This document shows, piece after piece, positions 10,263 through 20,979 of a stretch of DNA of 47,080 nucleotides. The stretch's first letter is position 1. Every line of letters starts with the position of its first letter. Below the pieces are notes generated by a model. The model saw only the letters and a list, made by a program, of their open reading frames with translations, was not told the origin of the DNA and made no database searches. The position numbers and the translations under genes were made by a program. Source of the stretch: a virus (Duplodnaviria; Caudoviricetes); the IMG/VR virus record IMGVR_UViG_3300027672_000021, positions 1-47,080 of that record. One strand, 5' to 3'.

Positions 10263-11423
10263 ATGCCAAATCCAAATGGTGGTTTAATAACCGAAACTAA
10301 TGCTCAGTATTACTCAGGTCAGCAAGGCTTTATAGGTGATGCTGCTACAAAATCGTTTGTTTGTAATTTTAATACAGACTTAGCTAATGCTGTTGTTGGG
10401 GCTTCTAATGCAAACTATACGGTAACTGTAAGTGGTCTCGCACCTGGTGCATTTACTATGACAAACAACACCATAACATTTGGTACTGCTCCTATTGCTA
10501 ATTCAATAATATTAGTTACACTAAGTGTTAACGCACTAAGGTCTAACTATGGTGGTTATCAATACAGTAGCCTTAATGACATAATCAATAACTTTATGGT
10601 TGCATATGTTGGTGCTGGCAAGCTTATACCTAGCGTTAAAAGAACTGACATTATATTCCATGCTAAACGTGGTATGCAAGAGTTTAGCTACGATACACTT
10701 AAAAGCATTAAGTCTCAAGAGCTTACAATGTCACCTAGCTTAACAGCGGTAATACCTCAAGATTACGTTAACTACGTTAGGCTATCTTGGATAGATAACT
10801 TAGGAGTTAAAAGAATAATATACCCAAATAATAACTTAACAATAAACCCAGCCGAGGCAATAATACAAGACAATAAAGGTCTTCCAGTACAAGATGGATT
10901 TGGTGAAAATCTAGAATCTGATCCACCTGAGACAGTGCAAAAGTGGCGAAAGGCTAATGCTAGTATAATATCGGGAACATTTAGTAATACGCAGTTAAAT
11001 CAAGGATTTGATTTTGATAGAGACTATTTAGGAGATAGCTTCTGGGGTGGTGTTAACGGACAGAGATATGGTTTGGATCCTCAACTAACACAAAGAAATG
11101 GTTGGTTTGGTATTGACGAGGTTAGGGGAGTCTTCACATTCTCAAGTAACTTAAAGGACGTTATGATAACCATAGAGTACATCTCTGATGGTTTAGCGTA
11201 TGATTTGGATACTAGGGTTCCAAAGATGATAGAAGACGCTATGTATAGCCACATAAGCCATGCAATAATAGCCAGTCGAATTAATCAACCAGAGTATGTG
11301 GTTAGCAGATTGAAACGAGAACGTAGTGCAAAGCTTAGAAATGCAAAAATAAGATTGTCTAATATAAAGCTTGGTGAAATAGTACAGGTGATGAGAGGCA
11401 AATCTAAATGGATAAAATCATAA
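10263..11423 (+). CDS. Structural (ring/tail tubular-like) protein
   Basis: Contains 'IPQDYVNYVRLSWID' and 'IEYISDGL', with a beta-rich N-terminal insert; lies in the structural operon. Confidence 0.55.
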   Translation: MPNPNGGLITETNAQYYSGQQGFIGDAATKSFVCNFNTDLANAVVGASNANYTVTVSGLAPGAFTMTNNTITFGTAPIANSIILVTLSVNALRSNYGGYQYSSLNDIINNFMVAYVGAGKLIPSVKRTDIIFHAKRGMQEFSYDTLKSIKSQELTMSPSLTAVIPQDYVNYVRLSWIDNLGVKRIIYPNNNLTINPAEAIIQDNKGLPVQDGFGENLESDPPETVQKWRKANASIISGTFSNTQLNQGFDFDRDYLGDSFWGGVNGQRYGLDPQLTQRNGWFGIDEVRGVFTFSSNLKDVMITIEYISDGLAYDLDTRVPKMIEDAMYSHISHAIIASRINQPEYVVSRLKRERSAKLRNAKIRLSNIKLGEIVQVMRGKSKWIKS

Positions 11424-11426
11424 TAT

Positions 11427-14400
11427 ATGCCACAAGCTAATAATCAATTTACAGGTTCTAAGATGAATAAGGATCTTAGCCCAAGGCTAGTTCCTAACAC
11501 GCAATACATAGACGCTAGAAACGCTACGGTATTAAACTCTGAAGGTGGAGAATCTGGGTTACTTCAAAATACTGAAGGAAACACCTTGTTAACTAATCTT
11601 AATTTAACTGGAGAGAACTTAGAAATAATTGGATTATTTTCCGATAAGGTGCTGGATAGAATGTTTTTGTTTGTAACAAACTGGAACGACCCGTCATCTA
11701 ATGAATCATCAAGCTTTGCATCGCCACAGTCTAGTCATTACATATGCATGTATGACATTAAGACAAGTTCTGCAACTACCTTAGTATCAGGTAATTTCTT
11801 AAATTTTAGTAAAACAAATACTATACTTGGCATAAACCTATTAGAGGATTTATTGTTTTTTACGGATGACAGAAACCAGCCTAGAAAAATAAATATTGAT
11901 TCTGCGATATCAGACCCTACTTATTACACAGAGGAAGCTAATATTTCAGTATTAAGATACTTTCCTTGGAATGCCCCTCGATTATCTAAGAATATATTAT
12001 CTCCAAACGAAACAGAAAAGTACCCTTTAGAGGTAAGGAGTGAACTTTTAATAACGACACAGCCACTTGTAATTGGTAGATCTACTGGAATGGACATTGT
12101 ACGGGTTGGGACTCAGGGGTGGACAACTAGCGGTAGTGGCGTGGGAGCTTATGTATCCATAACCATAGAAGGAGCTTCTCCAAATCAATATATTTCTAAT
12201 GTATTTGTTAGCGATTGGGACGGGATAACACTTTCTCGTATTACTGGAGGTAATGGCTTTAATATTGGAGATACTATAACTATAAGTAGTCCTTGGACAG
12301 GGGTTGCTTCATCTTCGGGAGATATAGTACTTACCATTGGAAGCCAGAATATAGCTCAGACACCAACAATGAAGGACGTTGTGAGTACTAACCTTCCAGG
12401 AGCAATAGAGAGAATAGTTGCCAAAAATCTTAGCACAACAACCTTTAGTTGTGGCGCACCAGTAAAGAGGGGTGTGGGTGTATGGACTTCTACAGCGAGT
12501 GGTGCTCTTGACACACCCAGACCTATATTACTAACGCAATTTAGTCAAGGAGTCAGTAGTTTAAATTTTGGGTATCAAAAAGGTTCTAGTCCAAATGCTA
12601 CCGAAGGTACTGGTCTAGAGATAGCTGTTAGCATTAAAACCAATGATTATACCGTAGATGTTGTTTCCTCTGGAAACAATTACTCATCTAATCAAGAGTT
12701 AAAAATTAATTCAGCAGGAGCAAAAGGTGGAACAGGACAATCTGGTAATGGCCCTATCCCTGGATTAACTAATGATATAATATTAAATCTAGACACATCA
12801 AAACTAGAAGTGCTGCCAGCAAATTCTTTTGTTGGTACTATAATTACTGGAGGTGGTAAGAAACTATCTGATAACGTTAAGATAACGGATAATACACCTG
12901 GAGCTTCAGGTGATTCTGTAATAACTCACACTCAGCTATTCGACTTTACTGATGGAAACCTCTTAACGTTTGGTGCTAACCCCCTTTATGATTCTACATT
13001 CGAGGGTGATACTGAATTTTTAACTGAAAAATTTGTAAGGTTTAGCTATAGGTTTAAGTTTGATGATAATCAATACTCCTTAATAGCCCCATTTACACAA
13101 GCAGCATTCATACCAAGGCAAGACGGATACTTTACAGAGGACTTTATTCCTGAAAACATAGACGATGTTGAAGCTAATTCTGATGAAAACAGGGCAATAA
13201 AAAGCACAATAATAGAGTTCTTTGAGAACAAAGTAAATGAGGTTGGTATTACCATAGATATGCCAGATGGTGTTTCCACGCCAGCAGACTTATATGACAA
13301 GCTTAAGGTTGTTGAGATAGATATCTTATATAAAGATGCGGACGAGGCTAATATAAAGGTAATAGACACGATAACAAAGGATGAACTTATAGGTCTACAA
13401 ACAAATCAATACATATATACCTATAACTCTGCAATGCCTATAAGGACATTACGAGATATAGACTTCACTAGAGTAGCCGACAAGGCTCCTATTAGAGCTA
13501 AGGCACAGGAAGTTGCAGGTAGTAGGGTTATGTATGGTAATTACCTAGCAAGGACAGCGAGACCAACTAAATTGGACTATACTATTTCTGCTGGAGAAAA
13601 ACAAATTTACGGAACATATAATTCCTTTAATCAGGTACAGTACCCTAATCATAACCTAAAACAAAACAGGTCATATGAGGTAGGTGTAGTGCTGGTTGAT
13701 AGATACGGTAGGCAGTCTGATGTTATAACATCCGATAATTCAACTGTGTTTAATAACTATAGACAGAACAGAATCGGTATAAAATCTTATTTAGGGGATT
13801 CGTTAAAGATAAATTGGAAATCAGCGATACCTTCTGTTATAGACAGCGAGGGATATATGGGGTTATACAGCCCTACAAACCCTCTAGGGTGGTATAGCTA
13901 CAAGGTTGTAGTGAAGCAAAGTGCTCAAGATTATTACAACGTATACCTGCCTACAATATTAAACAGTAGACCTCAGCCTGATGTATTAAGCATTAATATT
14001 GAAGCAATAACAAATACGCCTAATGAAAATAAATCGTTCTTTACATTGTCTAATGATTCGGAGCCTATATCTGAGATATGGATAGGATCGGAACTGCAAG
14101 GTACAAACACCACTATAGGAACGAGTTCATCAGCAACTCTAGGCATTTTAGATCCAAGTGGTAAAAGCGGGGTTTTTAATAATCCCGATGATTACGCTGT
14201 CGGCACAGGCTGGGCTACCCTTAGTATCTCTGATAAAAAAATTGAGACGAGTGATGACATAGCCTTTATAACATTATTAGGTGATAACATAAATAAAGTA
14301 CCTAGAGAATTATCGACATCAGCCTCTCAAGATTTAATCTTTCCTAGTTCGGTTAAGCTATATGGTAGGGTGTGGAATAATAGGTATTACAATGACGCTA

Positions 14401-15671
14401 ATTCAAGTCGGCAATACTTTCCTGTTTTAAATGCAGGCCCAGACAGCGTAAGCAACATCAGTTTATTAAACGTATCTAGCGGAGCCGATGACTTGGTAGG
14501 TAGCCCTGCATATATATCTCCATACTACACTGTTCCTAATGTTAGATTAAGAGGTGGCAGTCCTTACATAGGAACCGTTAACACTCAGGCAACCATAGGA
14601 GCCTATGGGGGAAATAGTGCACCTCAAGTTTCATTCAAGAAATTAAGGTTAAATGTATATGAAACAACTCCATTTGAATCTAATATTGATATTTACTACG
14701 AGTCTAGTTCAAGTGGGATTATATCACAACTAAACGATTATATTAATCAAGATTCAGATGTCAATATACCTGCGTTGATTTCAGACTGGTCTTGGGAGTT
14801 AAACGAAAGTAACTTTTCAACTATCGCAGATCCTTATTATGTAAATAAAGACTTTTTTGACGTAAAAAATAGTAACGGCAGGAGTATAGTTGGAGTAGAC
14901 CTTAAGGGAGAAATAGTTAAAGTTGTAGATGGTAATGGTAATATACTATCAAACACCTCCTACTTTAAGTTAGACAGAAATATTACCGTTGGTACTGACC
15001 AGTATAAGTTTAAATTAAAGTTAGCAGTAGGTAGAAATTTTGTATATGATAGCAATTCTTATAGAAGGGATAAGTATACTTTTACTTTTAGATTTACGAA
15101 TAATATAACAGGCGTATCTAACGATATAACAACAACAGAGGCTAATGAGTTAGACAATAACACACCTAGCTATACCGCTATACCTAATCCGTTGCCTATA
15201 AATCCTTCAGAGTTTACTGGAAATGGTTATAAGACTATTTACAATCTAGACGGTAAAAATGGTACGGCAAATACGATTAACTCTAGTTTATTTAAGAAAG
15301 GGTTAATATGGAATATTCTTAGCCTTGAGTTTAAATGGGTGGGTAATAATAACACTTGGCTAGGATATTCTCCTACTATAGGTGAATTTGGTAAATCTGC
15401 TAATTTTCGTACGACTGGCTGGATTCAATTTTCAGGAGTAGGTGGAGCTATAGCAAGAGAAAGCTTAATATACAATGAGGAGTTTGTGTGCTTGAATGTT
15501 AACGCTGCTTTAATAGGGGGCGATGTATCAAAACCTCAAACGGGACTATACGACTACACATTAAGGACAAACACTGAGTTTAGGGCTAAGTTGGAATTAA
15601 CTGATGCTACTGGTTTTAATGGTAACCTTAGCACTTATACAACAATATATTTTACATTGCTTAAAAATTAA
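11427..15671 (+). CDS. Large tail nozzle/stabilisation-like protein (1414 aa)
   Basis: N-terminal 'MNKDLSPRLVPNTQYIDARN', 'LLFFTDDRNQPRKINI' and 'FSYRFKFDDNQYS' motifs typical of nozzle/stabilisation proteins; beta-rich. Confidence 0.65.
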   Translation: MPQANNQFTGSKMNKDLSPRLVPNTQYIDARNATVLNSEGGESGLLQNTEGNTLLTNLNLTGENLEIIGLFSDKVLDRMFLFVTNWNDPSSNESSSFASPQSSHYICMYDIKTSSATTLVSGNFLNFSKTNTILGINLLEDLLFFTDDRNQPRKINIDSAISDPTYYTEEANISVLRYFPWNAPRLSKNILSPNETEKYPLEVRSELLITTQPLVIGRSTGMDIVRVGTQGWTTSGSGVGAYVSITIEGASPNQYISNVFVSDWDGITLSRITGGNGFNIGDTITISSPWTGVASSSGDIVLTIGSQNIAQTPTMKDVVSTNLPGAIERIVAKNLSTTTFSCGAPVKRGVGVWTSTASGALDTPRPILLTQFSQGVSSLNFGYQKGSSPNATEGTGLEIAVSIKTNDYTVDVVSSGNNYSSNQELKINSAGAKGGTGQSGNGPIPGLTNDIILNLDTSKLEVLPANSFVGTIITGGGKKLSDNVKITDNTPGASGDSVITHTQLFDFTDGNLLTFGANPLYDSTFEGDTEFLTEKFVRFSYRFKFDDNQYSLIAPFTQAAFIPRQDGYFTEDFIPENIDDVEANSDENRAIKSTIIEFFENKVNEVGITIDMPDGVSTPADLYDKLKVVEIDILYKDADEANIKVIDTITKDELIGLQTNQYIYTYNSAMPIRTLRDIDFTRVADKAPIRAKAQEVAGSRVMYGNYLARTARPTKLDYTISAGEKQIYGTYNSFNQVQYPNHNLKQNRSYEVGVVLVDRYGRQSDVITSDNSTVFNNYRQNRIGIKSYLGDSLKINWKSAIPSVIDSEGYMGLYSPTNPLGWYSYKVVVKQSAQDYYNVYLPTILNSRPQPDVLSINIEAITNTPNENKSFFTLSNDSEPISEIWIGSELQGTNTTIGTSSSATLGILDPSGKSGVFNNPDDYAVGTGWATLSISDKKIETSDDIAFITLLGDNINKVPRELSTSASQDLIFPSSVKLYGRVWNNRYYNDANSSRQYFPVLNAGPDSVSNISLLNVSSGADDLVGSPAYISPYYTVPNVRLRGGSPYIGTVNTQATIGAYGGNSAPQVSFKKLRLNVYETTPFESNIDIYYESSSSGIISQLNDYINQDSDVNIPALISDWSWELNESNFSTIADPYYVNKDFFDVKNSNGRSIVGVDLKGEIVKVVDGNGNILSNTSYFKLDRNITVGTDQYKFKLKLAVGRNFVYDSNSYRRDKYTFTFRFTNNITGVSNDITTTEANELDNNTPSYTAIPNPLPINPSEFTGNGYKTIYNLDGKNGTANTINSSLFKKGLIWNILSLEFKWVGNNNTWLGYSPTIGEFGKSANFRTTGWIQFSGVGGAIARESLIYNEEFVCLNVNAALIGGDVSKPQTGLYDYTLRTNTEFRAKLELTDATGFNGNLSTYTTIYFTLLKN

Positions 15672-15677
15672 ACTATA

Positions 15678-17744
15678 ATGTCGACAATAAGAGAAATAAC
15701 ATACTTCAATTCCTTTATAGTTAAAAATCTAGTTGAGTCAAATGATGGTGAACCTGGAGGGGGTAAAGCAGTGTGGCCTGGTCTACCTTGGAATCCTAAC
15801 GGATATCCTAGCTTCCCTAATCTTGTATCAACTGATGTTTATCCAAGCGGTGAGGATGATGTGTATATGTGGTACATAGAGGAGTCTAGAATACGAGGAG
15901 GTTACAACAACGACCAGGTTGACTTAGGCGTTAGGGCATTTACACAAGAAACTACTGATGATGAATTAATATTAAGTAACGGAATAATTTATTCTGGTCT
16001 TTATAATTCTACAACTGGATTTAACGATACTAATGTATTTTCCGTATCGGAATCAATTGAGAAGCAATTAGACCCTAAGTATGGTGGAATACAGAAGCTA
16101 TACGCATCAGACACAAACCTTATGATTTTTCAAAACGATAAGGTGAGTAATGCATTGGTAGATAAAGATGCAATATACACAGGCGATGGTAGGGCAATAG
16201 AAACAGCGTCTAATCTTGTGTTGGGTAATATTAATCAATACGCTGGTGAATACGGAATTAGTAATAATCCAGAATCATTTGCATTTAAGGGTAACAGGAT
16301 ATATTTCTCAGACAAGAACAGGGGATCGGTAATGAGACTATCAACGGATGGACTTACTGAGATAAGCATGTATGGTATGCGTGACTACTTTAGGGACAAG
16401 CTTTCAGTTATATCTGAAGAGTCGGAGCTTAGTAGCTTACTGCCATTAACGGTAAGGGCTGGAACATATTCTAGTGGTGGTATAGGAGGGGTAAACCCTT
16501 TTCCTACGGACTCTTTGATAGTACAGGACTTAGGTACTGGCTTGGTTAGCTCATTAGAGTTAGGAATGCAGTTCTCGTCATCCATATATGGCAATAGCGG
16601 GGTATATGTTTATTCAAAACAGGATGTAGGAGGGTTGACTGGGGCTTTAACTATAACTAATAATGTAACTGGATTAGGTGGAGGTAATACGTCATACACG
16701 CTTACCGAAGGTTCTGGAGGGTTTACTACATCTCGTGGGTCTAGCGGGCAAGGTTCAGCCACACTTGTTGTGGTAGTTAATAGTGGTACGGTAGCAAGTG
16801 TAACGGTAACTATTGCGGGTTCGGCTTATTCAGCAGGCGATGTTATATCCATCAGCACTGATAATATAGGAGGTTTAAGTGGGTCTATTGATTTTGTTAC
16901 GATTACAATACTAGAATCTAATTTAACAAACATTTCCACAACATCCAAGAGGGTGACGTTTGACCGAACTTTAACATTACCTACGGGGGTAACACCCGCA
17001 ACAGAGGCATTTAGTTTTTATAAATTGATTAACGATAGGATTGTTGGTGGTTACGATAACTATTACGATAACTACGTTATATCGATTCAAGATGGTGCGA
17101 CTGGATTGTACGATACGCTTTCATTTTCTGACACGGTAAATGGCTGGACTAGCCTTTGGGATTACAAGCCATCGTTTATGGATACGATTAATAATATATA
17201 TTATTCTATTGAAGGTGGGAATGTATGGAAACATTACAATGAATCTGTAATTAATAATAGAGGGTACTTGTATGGAACTTATTATCCTACATCAGTGCAA
17301 TTATCGTTCAACCCTAATGCCTCAATATCTAAAAACTTTAATACGATTAATTATGAGGGGACTAGCGGATGGCAAGTTGATCACTTCTTGTCTGACAAAA
17401 CAGGCCCGACATTAATAAACTCGCAAACAAATAATTATAAGGATGAATCATCCTTTATATATAGTTATGATGAGGGTGTATATACTGAAGGTGGTGTCAC
17501 TTATAGGGTTGGATTTAACAGGAAAGAAAATAAATATGTAGCCAACTTGATAAACAAAGGCGTATTGATTAGCGGTAGCAACGAAAACGTTTCGTTTGGT
17601 CAACCTGGACAAGTAGTACCTGGTATTAGTATGAGTGGTATAAAAGGGTTCTTTGCTACAGTAAAACTTAGCACTGATAATACCACTGATTTAGGGGGTC
17701 TGAAGACTCTATTTGCTGTATCTTCGAACTTCGTCAAATCTTAA
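15678..17744 (+). CDS. Tail structural protein, beta-propeller-like (probable second nozzle component)
   Basis: Contains 'YAGEYGISNNPESFA...YFSDKNRGSVMRLSTDGLTEISMYGMRDYF' and 'GWTSLWDYKP'. Confidence 0.6.
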   Translation: MSTIREITYFNSFIVKNLVESNDGEPGGGKAVWPGLPWNPNGYPSFPNLVSTDVYPSGEDDVYMWYIEESRIRGGYNNDQVDLGVRAFTQETTDDELILSNGIIYSGLYNSTTGFNDTNVFSVSESIEKQLDPKYGGIQKLYASDTNLMIFQNDKVSNALVDKDAIYTGDGRAIETASNLVLGNINQYAGEYGISNNPESFAFKGNRIYFSDKNRGSVMRLSTDGLTEISMYGMRDYFRDKLSVISEESELSSLLPLTVRAGTYSSGGIGGVNPFPTDSLIVQDLGTGLVSSLELGMQFSSSIYGNSGVYVYSKQDVGGLTGALTITNNVTGLGGGNTSYTLTEGSGGFTTSRGSSGQGSATLVVVVNSGTVASVTVTIAGSAYSAGDVISISTDNIGGLSGSIDFVTITILESNLTNISTTSKRVTFDRTLTLPTGVTPATEAFSFYKLINDRIVGGYDNYYDNYVISIQDGATGLYDTLSFSDTVNGWTSLWDYKPSFMDTINNIYYSIEGGNVWKHYNESVINNRGYLYGTYYPTSVQLSFNPNASISKNFNTINYEGTSGWQVDHFLSDKTGPTLINSQTNNYKDESSFIYSYDEGVYTEGGVTYRVGFNRKENKYVANLINKGVLISGSNENVSFGQPGQVVPGISMSGIKGFFATVKLSTDNTTDLGGLKTLFAVSSNFVKS

Positions 17745-17748
17745 TCAA

Positions 17749-18195
17749 ATGAAATTACAAAAAATAAATAAAGAAATAAAGGCTCTGCAAAACTTTATAG
17801 TATCCAACAATGATAAAGAAGGATTTTATGGTGATGGGAAAAGCATTGCTGAATCGCCAGACGTTCCTATAAAGCATAGCTTCGCTGACCAGATATATGT
17901 CAGGCAAATGAATATGAAGGCCGACCAAGTCATTGTAGGTGCAATTCACAACCACCAACATGTATGGTTTTTATTGACTGGACATGTATCAATCAATAAT
18001 AATGGTGAGGTTATAGATTATGTAGCACCTTGCTACACAGTGTCTGAACCAGGCTCAAAGAGGGTTATATACGCACACGAAGATTCTATATTTGTTAACG
18101 TACATAAGAATCCTCTAAACGTAAAAGATATAAAGCAATTAGAGGAAGAAATAGTTTCTATGAACATAGAAGAATTTAATAAAAAAAATAAGTAA
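17749..18195 (+). CDS. Cupin-like hypothetical protein
   Basis: His-rich beta pattern 'HSFADQIYVRQM...GAIHNHQHVWFLLTG'; ATG at 17749. Confidence 0.55.
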   Translation: MKLQKINKEIKALQNFIVSNNDKEGFYGDGKSIAESPDVPIKHSFADQIYVRQMNMKADQVIVGAIHNHQHVWFLLTGHVSINNNGEVIDYVAPCYTVSEPGSKRVIYAHEDSIFVNVHKNPLNVKDIKQLEEEIVSMNIEEFNKKNK

Positions 18196-18196
18196 A

Positions 18197-18964
18197 ATGG
18201 CATTTATATTAGTAGGATTAGGTATTGGCGCAGCAGCGAAGATAACTGGTGCAATAGTAAGCTCTTCTAGGGCTAAAAAGCGTTTAAAGGAAGCGGAAAG
18301 TAATAAGAAAAACGCTCAAAATAGATTGAATGCGTTAGAGGCTGACAGGCAAGCTATTGTGAACCCTTTTGCTGCCGCTAAAGATTTATCTGGAGACATT
18401 TCGAATCCATACGCTAACCTAACTGTAGCAACTGGTGCTGCTGAAATACAAATGCAACAGTCTGACGCTGCACTAGCAAACACCTTAGACACCTTAAGAG
18501 CCACAGGAGCTGGGGCAGGTGGTGCAACCGCATTAGCGAAGGCGGCATTACAAAGCAAGAAGGGTGTAGCCGCTAACATAGAGCAACAAGAAGTTCAGAA
18601 TCAGAAGCTTGCGGCTCAAGGAGAAGTTAATCTACAAACTCAGGTTCTTTCCGAAAAAAGAAGAATGCAACAAGCTGACGCTGAGGGAAGGAAGTTTGTT
18701 TATGACGAGAAAGAAAGTAGAGAGATGGCTGCAATGGATAGAGCACAGAATAATATTGACCAAGCTGACGCTGACTTCAGACAATCCAGGGCTGATAAAG
18801 ACCAAGCACTAGATGATTCTATCTCATTCATAGGGGACGCAGGAATGGCTTATGGTATATCGCAACTACCTACCCCAGGCGGTGATAATGATGATGATGA
18901 TGATGATGATGATGATAATGATAATGATGATGATCAACAAAAGAGCATAAGTATCAAAAAATAA
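18197..18964 (+). CDS. Putative internal virion / ejection protein
   Basis: Hydrophobic G/A-rich N-terminus, A/Q-rich coiled coil, GAGAGGATALA segment and a poly-Asp C-terminus. Confidence 0.55.
   Translation: MAFILVGLGIGAAAKITGAIVSSSRAKKRLKEAESNKKNAQNRLNALEADRQAIVNPFAAAKDLSGDISNPYANLTVATGAAEIQMQQSDAALANTLDTLRATGAGAGGATALAKAALQSKKGVAANIEQQEVQNQKLAAQGEVNLQTQVLSEKRRMQQADAEGRKFVYDEKESREMAAMDRAQNNIDQADADFRQSRADKDQALDDSISFIGDAGMAYGISQLPTPGGDNDDDDDDDDDNDNDDDQQKSISIKK
18884..18934 (+). repeat. (GAT/AAT)n trinucleotide microsatellite encoding DNDDDDDDDDDNDNDDD
   Basis: Directly visible run of 17 GAT/AAT codons. Confidence 0.9.
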
Positions 18965-18987
18965 TAAAGAAAATACATATATAAAAC

Positions 18988-20970
18988 ATGGGAACCTATT
19001 CTAATCCATCATTACAGAAAAGTATTTCAAGCGTTAGGCCGAGTACTAATTCTAGTTCAGTAGACCAAGGCTTGGCGGCTATGATAACGAATCGTCAGAA
19101 TGCAATAGCGGCTAATGAACAAAGAAATGAAACTAATTGGAAACTACGCCAGACAGCATTAGATGATGTTGCTACAGATAAACAGACCCTTATAGATGCA
19201 GGTAAAAAGAGCAAAATTAATATGGAATCCCTTAATGTTGCTTCAAAGCAAATAATGAAGGATTATGCGGATACTAAGATTAGGTTAGCTCAGGCTACAT
19301 CTAAGTATGATGGGTACGAAAAGGATGAGGCTTTTGTTAGGAATACAAAGTTAATGCTGGATAATATCGGAGATACCTTCGGTACTATGAACTACACCGT
19401 TAACAAATACAACGAAACACTAAACTCCAAAGGAGCTGGTGCGGGTGGTGGTCAGATAGACATGTCTTCAGTAGATTCAGGGTTCTTGGCTATGATGGAA
19501 ATATCAAAGCCTGGCAATGGTATAAGTGGGGAAATCTCTTGGGATGCGGATTACGATGAAGAAAATGGCTGGACATGGAAGCAGGTAGCTAGAGGGGAAT
19601 CTATAAGGCAAGCTAACCTAGCAAAGGGTATAGATAGCGATGTTTATGAGATGTCTTACGAGGCAAATGCGGAATTTGAGAGTAATAATGACAATAGCGA
19701 TTATAATAGCCTTGTGTACAATACAGTTCCAGAGGTTCTTGATAAGAATACAATAGAAACCTTAGTAGATTTAAAGGTAACCAATAAGGACGGTAAGATT
19801 TTAGATGACTATAAGATTGAGGGTACGGAAACTAGAAATGGTGAAGTATTTAAAACCAAAAGCACTAATGTGCGTGAGTTATATGGAAGGGTAAAGGTTG
19901 CCGCAGATGGTAAGGTTGCGGGTATATCTGCTGGAACGGATGACGTTGTTGCGTCCTCAATGAGGGCATATGTTGGTAGAGGATTAGAGGAGGAGACTAT
20001 TAACGGAAAGAAGCAATTTATTTACTATAAACCTTCCTACAATAGCAACGGAACGCTAAAAAGAAAATCAGACGGGTCTATGCTAAAGGAGGAATCTAAC
20101 AAGGTTATACTTGGTGATGATCAGCTAGGTGGTGGTCAGTTTATTAGGCGAAATATTAAGGAGAACGCTCAGAGGTTTGGGTTTAATGAGGAGCAGTTTA
20201 AGGAGTTTTCCGAATGGGCGCAGTATCAAACGGCTTATGAATTGGGTGCATTTACTCAAGATAAAGGGCAAATAGATTCGGGAGCTACTAACCGACTAAG
20301 GGCTGATAGAGCTGCTGCTATTAGTAGAAATAAAGCAAACGCAGGTAAGTTTAATACAAGCCAAGTAATTGATAATGCCGTGGCAGGGTATAACGAAGCT
20401 ATGGGAATGGGTAACACTGAAGGGGCTGTGTCAGCCTTAAACTCTATGAATGGCTTAAATGGTCTCATTGTAGTGCCTGACTCAAACGATAGTAAACTTA
20501 TAAATGTATATGAGGAAACTGGTACTGGAAAAAACAAGACAGAGAGTCCTGTAGGATCATATGATGTGACTACTGACATGCAAGAAATATATAATATTTT
20601 TGATTCTAAAAAAGTTTCTAAAGAAGACCCCACTAAGACTAGCCAAAGTAAAAAAATAAATAAACTTGTTGAATCACTAATTCCGATTAGTGATGAATAC
20701 GAAGATATTGAAGATGATGAAGACTTTAAGGAATGGTTCAGTGAAAAGCAATTAGATGATTTAGGTATCGAGTTGAGTGAGGATATACTTGGCTACAATA
20801 CAATAACAGTAACGAAAGATGGAAAAGAAATACTTAACTTTGATCCTAAAGAAAAAGAAGGGAAAGCTAAGTGGGAAGAAATGGTAAGAGGCTTGGTAGG
20901 TGAAAAATCATCAACCAATAGCGGTAATAAAGGCACAAGCAGTAAAGTTGAAACAGGTAAATTCGGTTAA
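18988..20970 (+). CDS. Putative internal virion protein (660 aa)
   Basis: Lies between the small ejection-like protein and the giant protein; no catalytic motif recognised. Confidence 0.5.
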   Translation: MGTYSNPSLQKSISSVRPSTNSSSVDQGLAAMITNRQNAIAANEQRNETNWKLRQTALDDVATDKQTLIDAGKKSKINMESLNVASKQIMKDYADTKIRLAQATSKYDGYEKDEAFVRNTKLMLDNIGDTFGTMNYTVNKYNETLNSKGAGAGGGQIDMSSVDSGFLAMMEISKPGNGISGEISWDADYDEENGWTWKQVARGESIRQANLAKGIDSDVYEMSYEANAEFESNNDNSDYNSLVYNTVPEVLDKNTIETLVDLKVTNKDGKILDDYKIEGTETRNGEVFKTKSTNVRELYGRVKVAADGKVAGISAGTDDVVASSMRAYVGRGLEEETINGKKQFIYYKPSYNSNGTLKRKSDGSMLKEESNKVILGDDQLGGGQFIRRNIKENAQRFGFNEEQFKEFSEWAQYQTAYELGAFTQDKGQIDSGATNRLRADRAAAISRNKANAGKFNTSQVIDNAVAGYNEAMGMGNTEGAVSALNSMNGLNGLIVVPDSNDSKLINVYEETGTGKNKTESPVGSYDVTTDMQEIYNIFDSKKVSKEDPTKTSQSKKINKLVESLIPISDEYEDIEDDEDFKEWFSEKQLDDLGIELSEDILGYNTITVTKDGKEILNFDPKEKEGKAKWEEMVRGLVGEKSSTNSGNKGTSSKVETGKFG

Positions 20971-20979
20971 AAATATATT

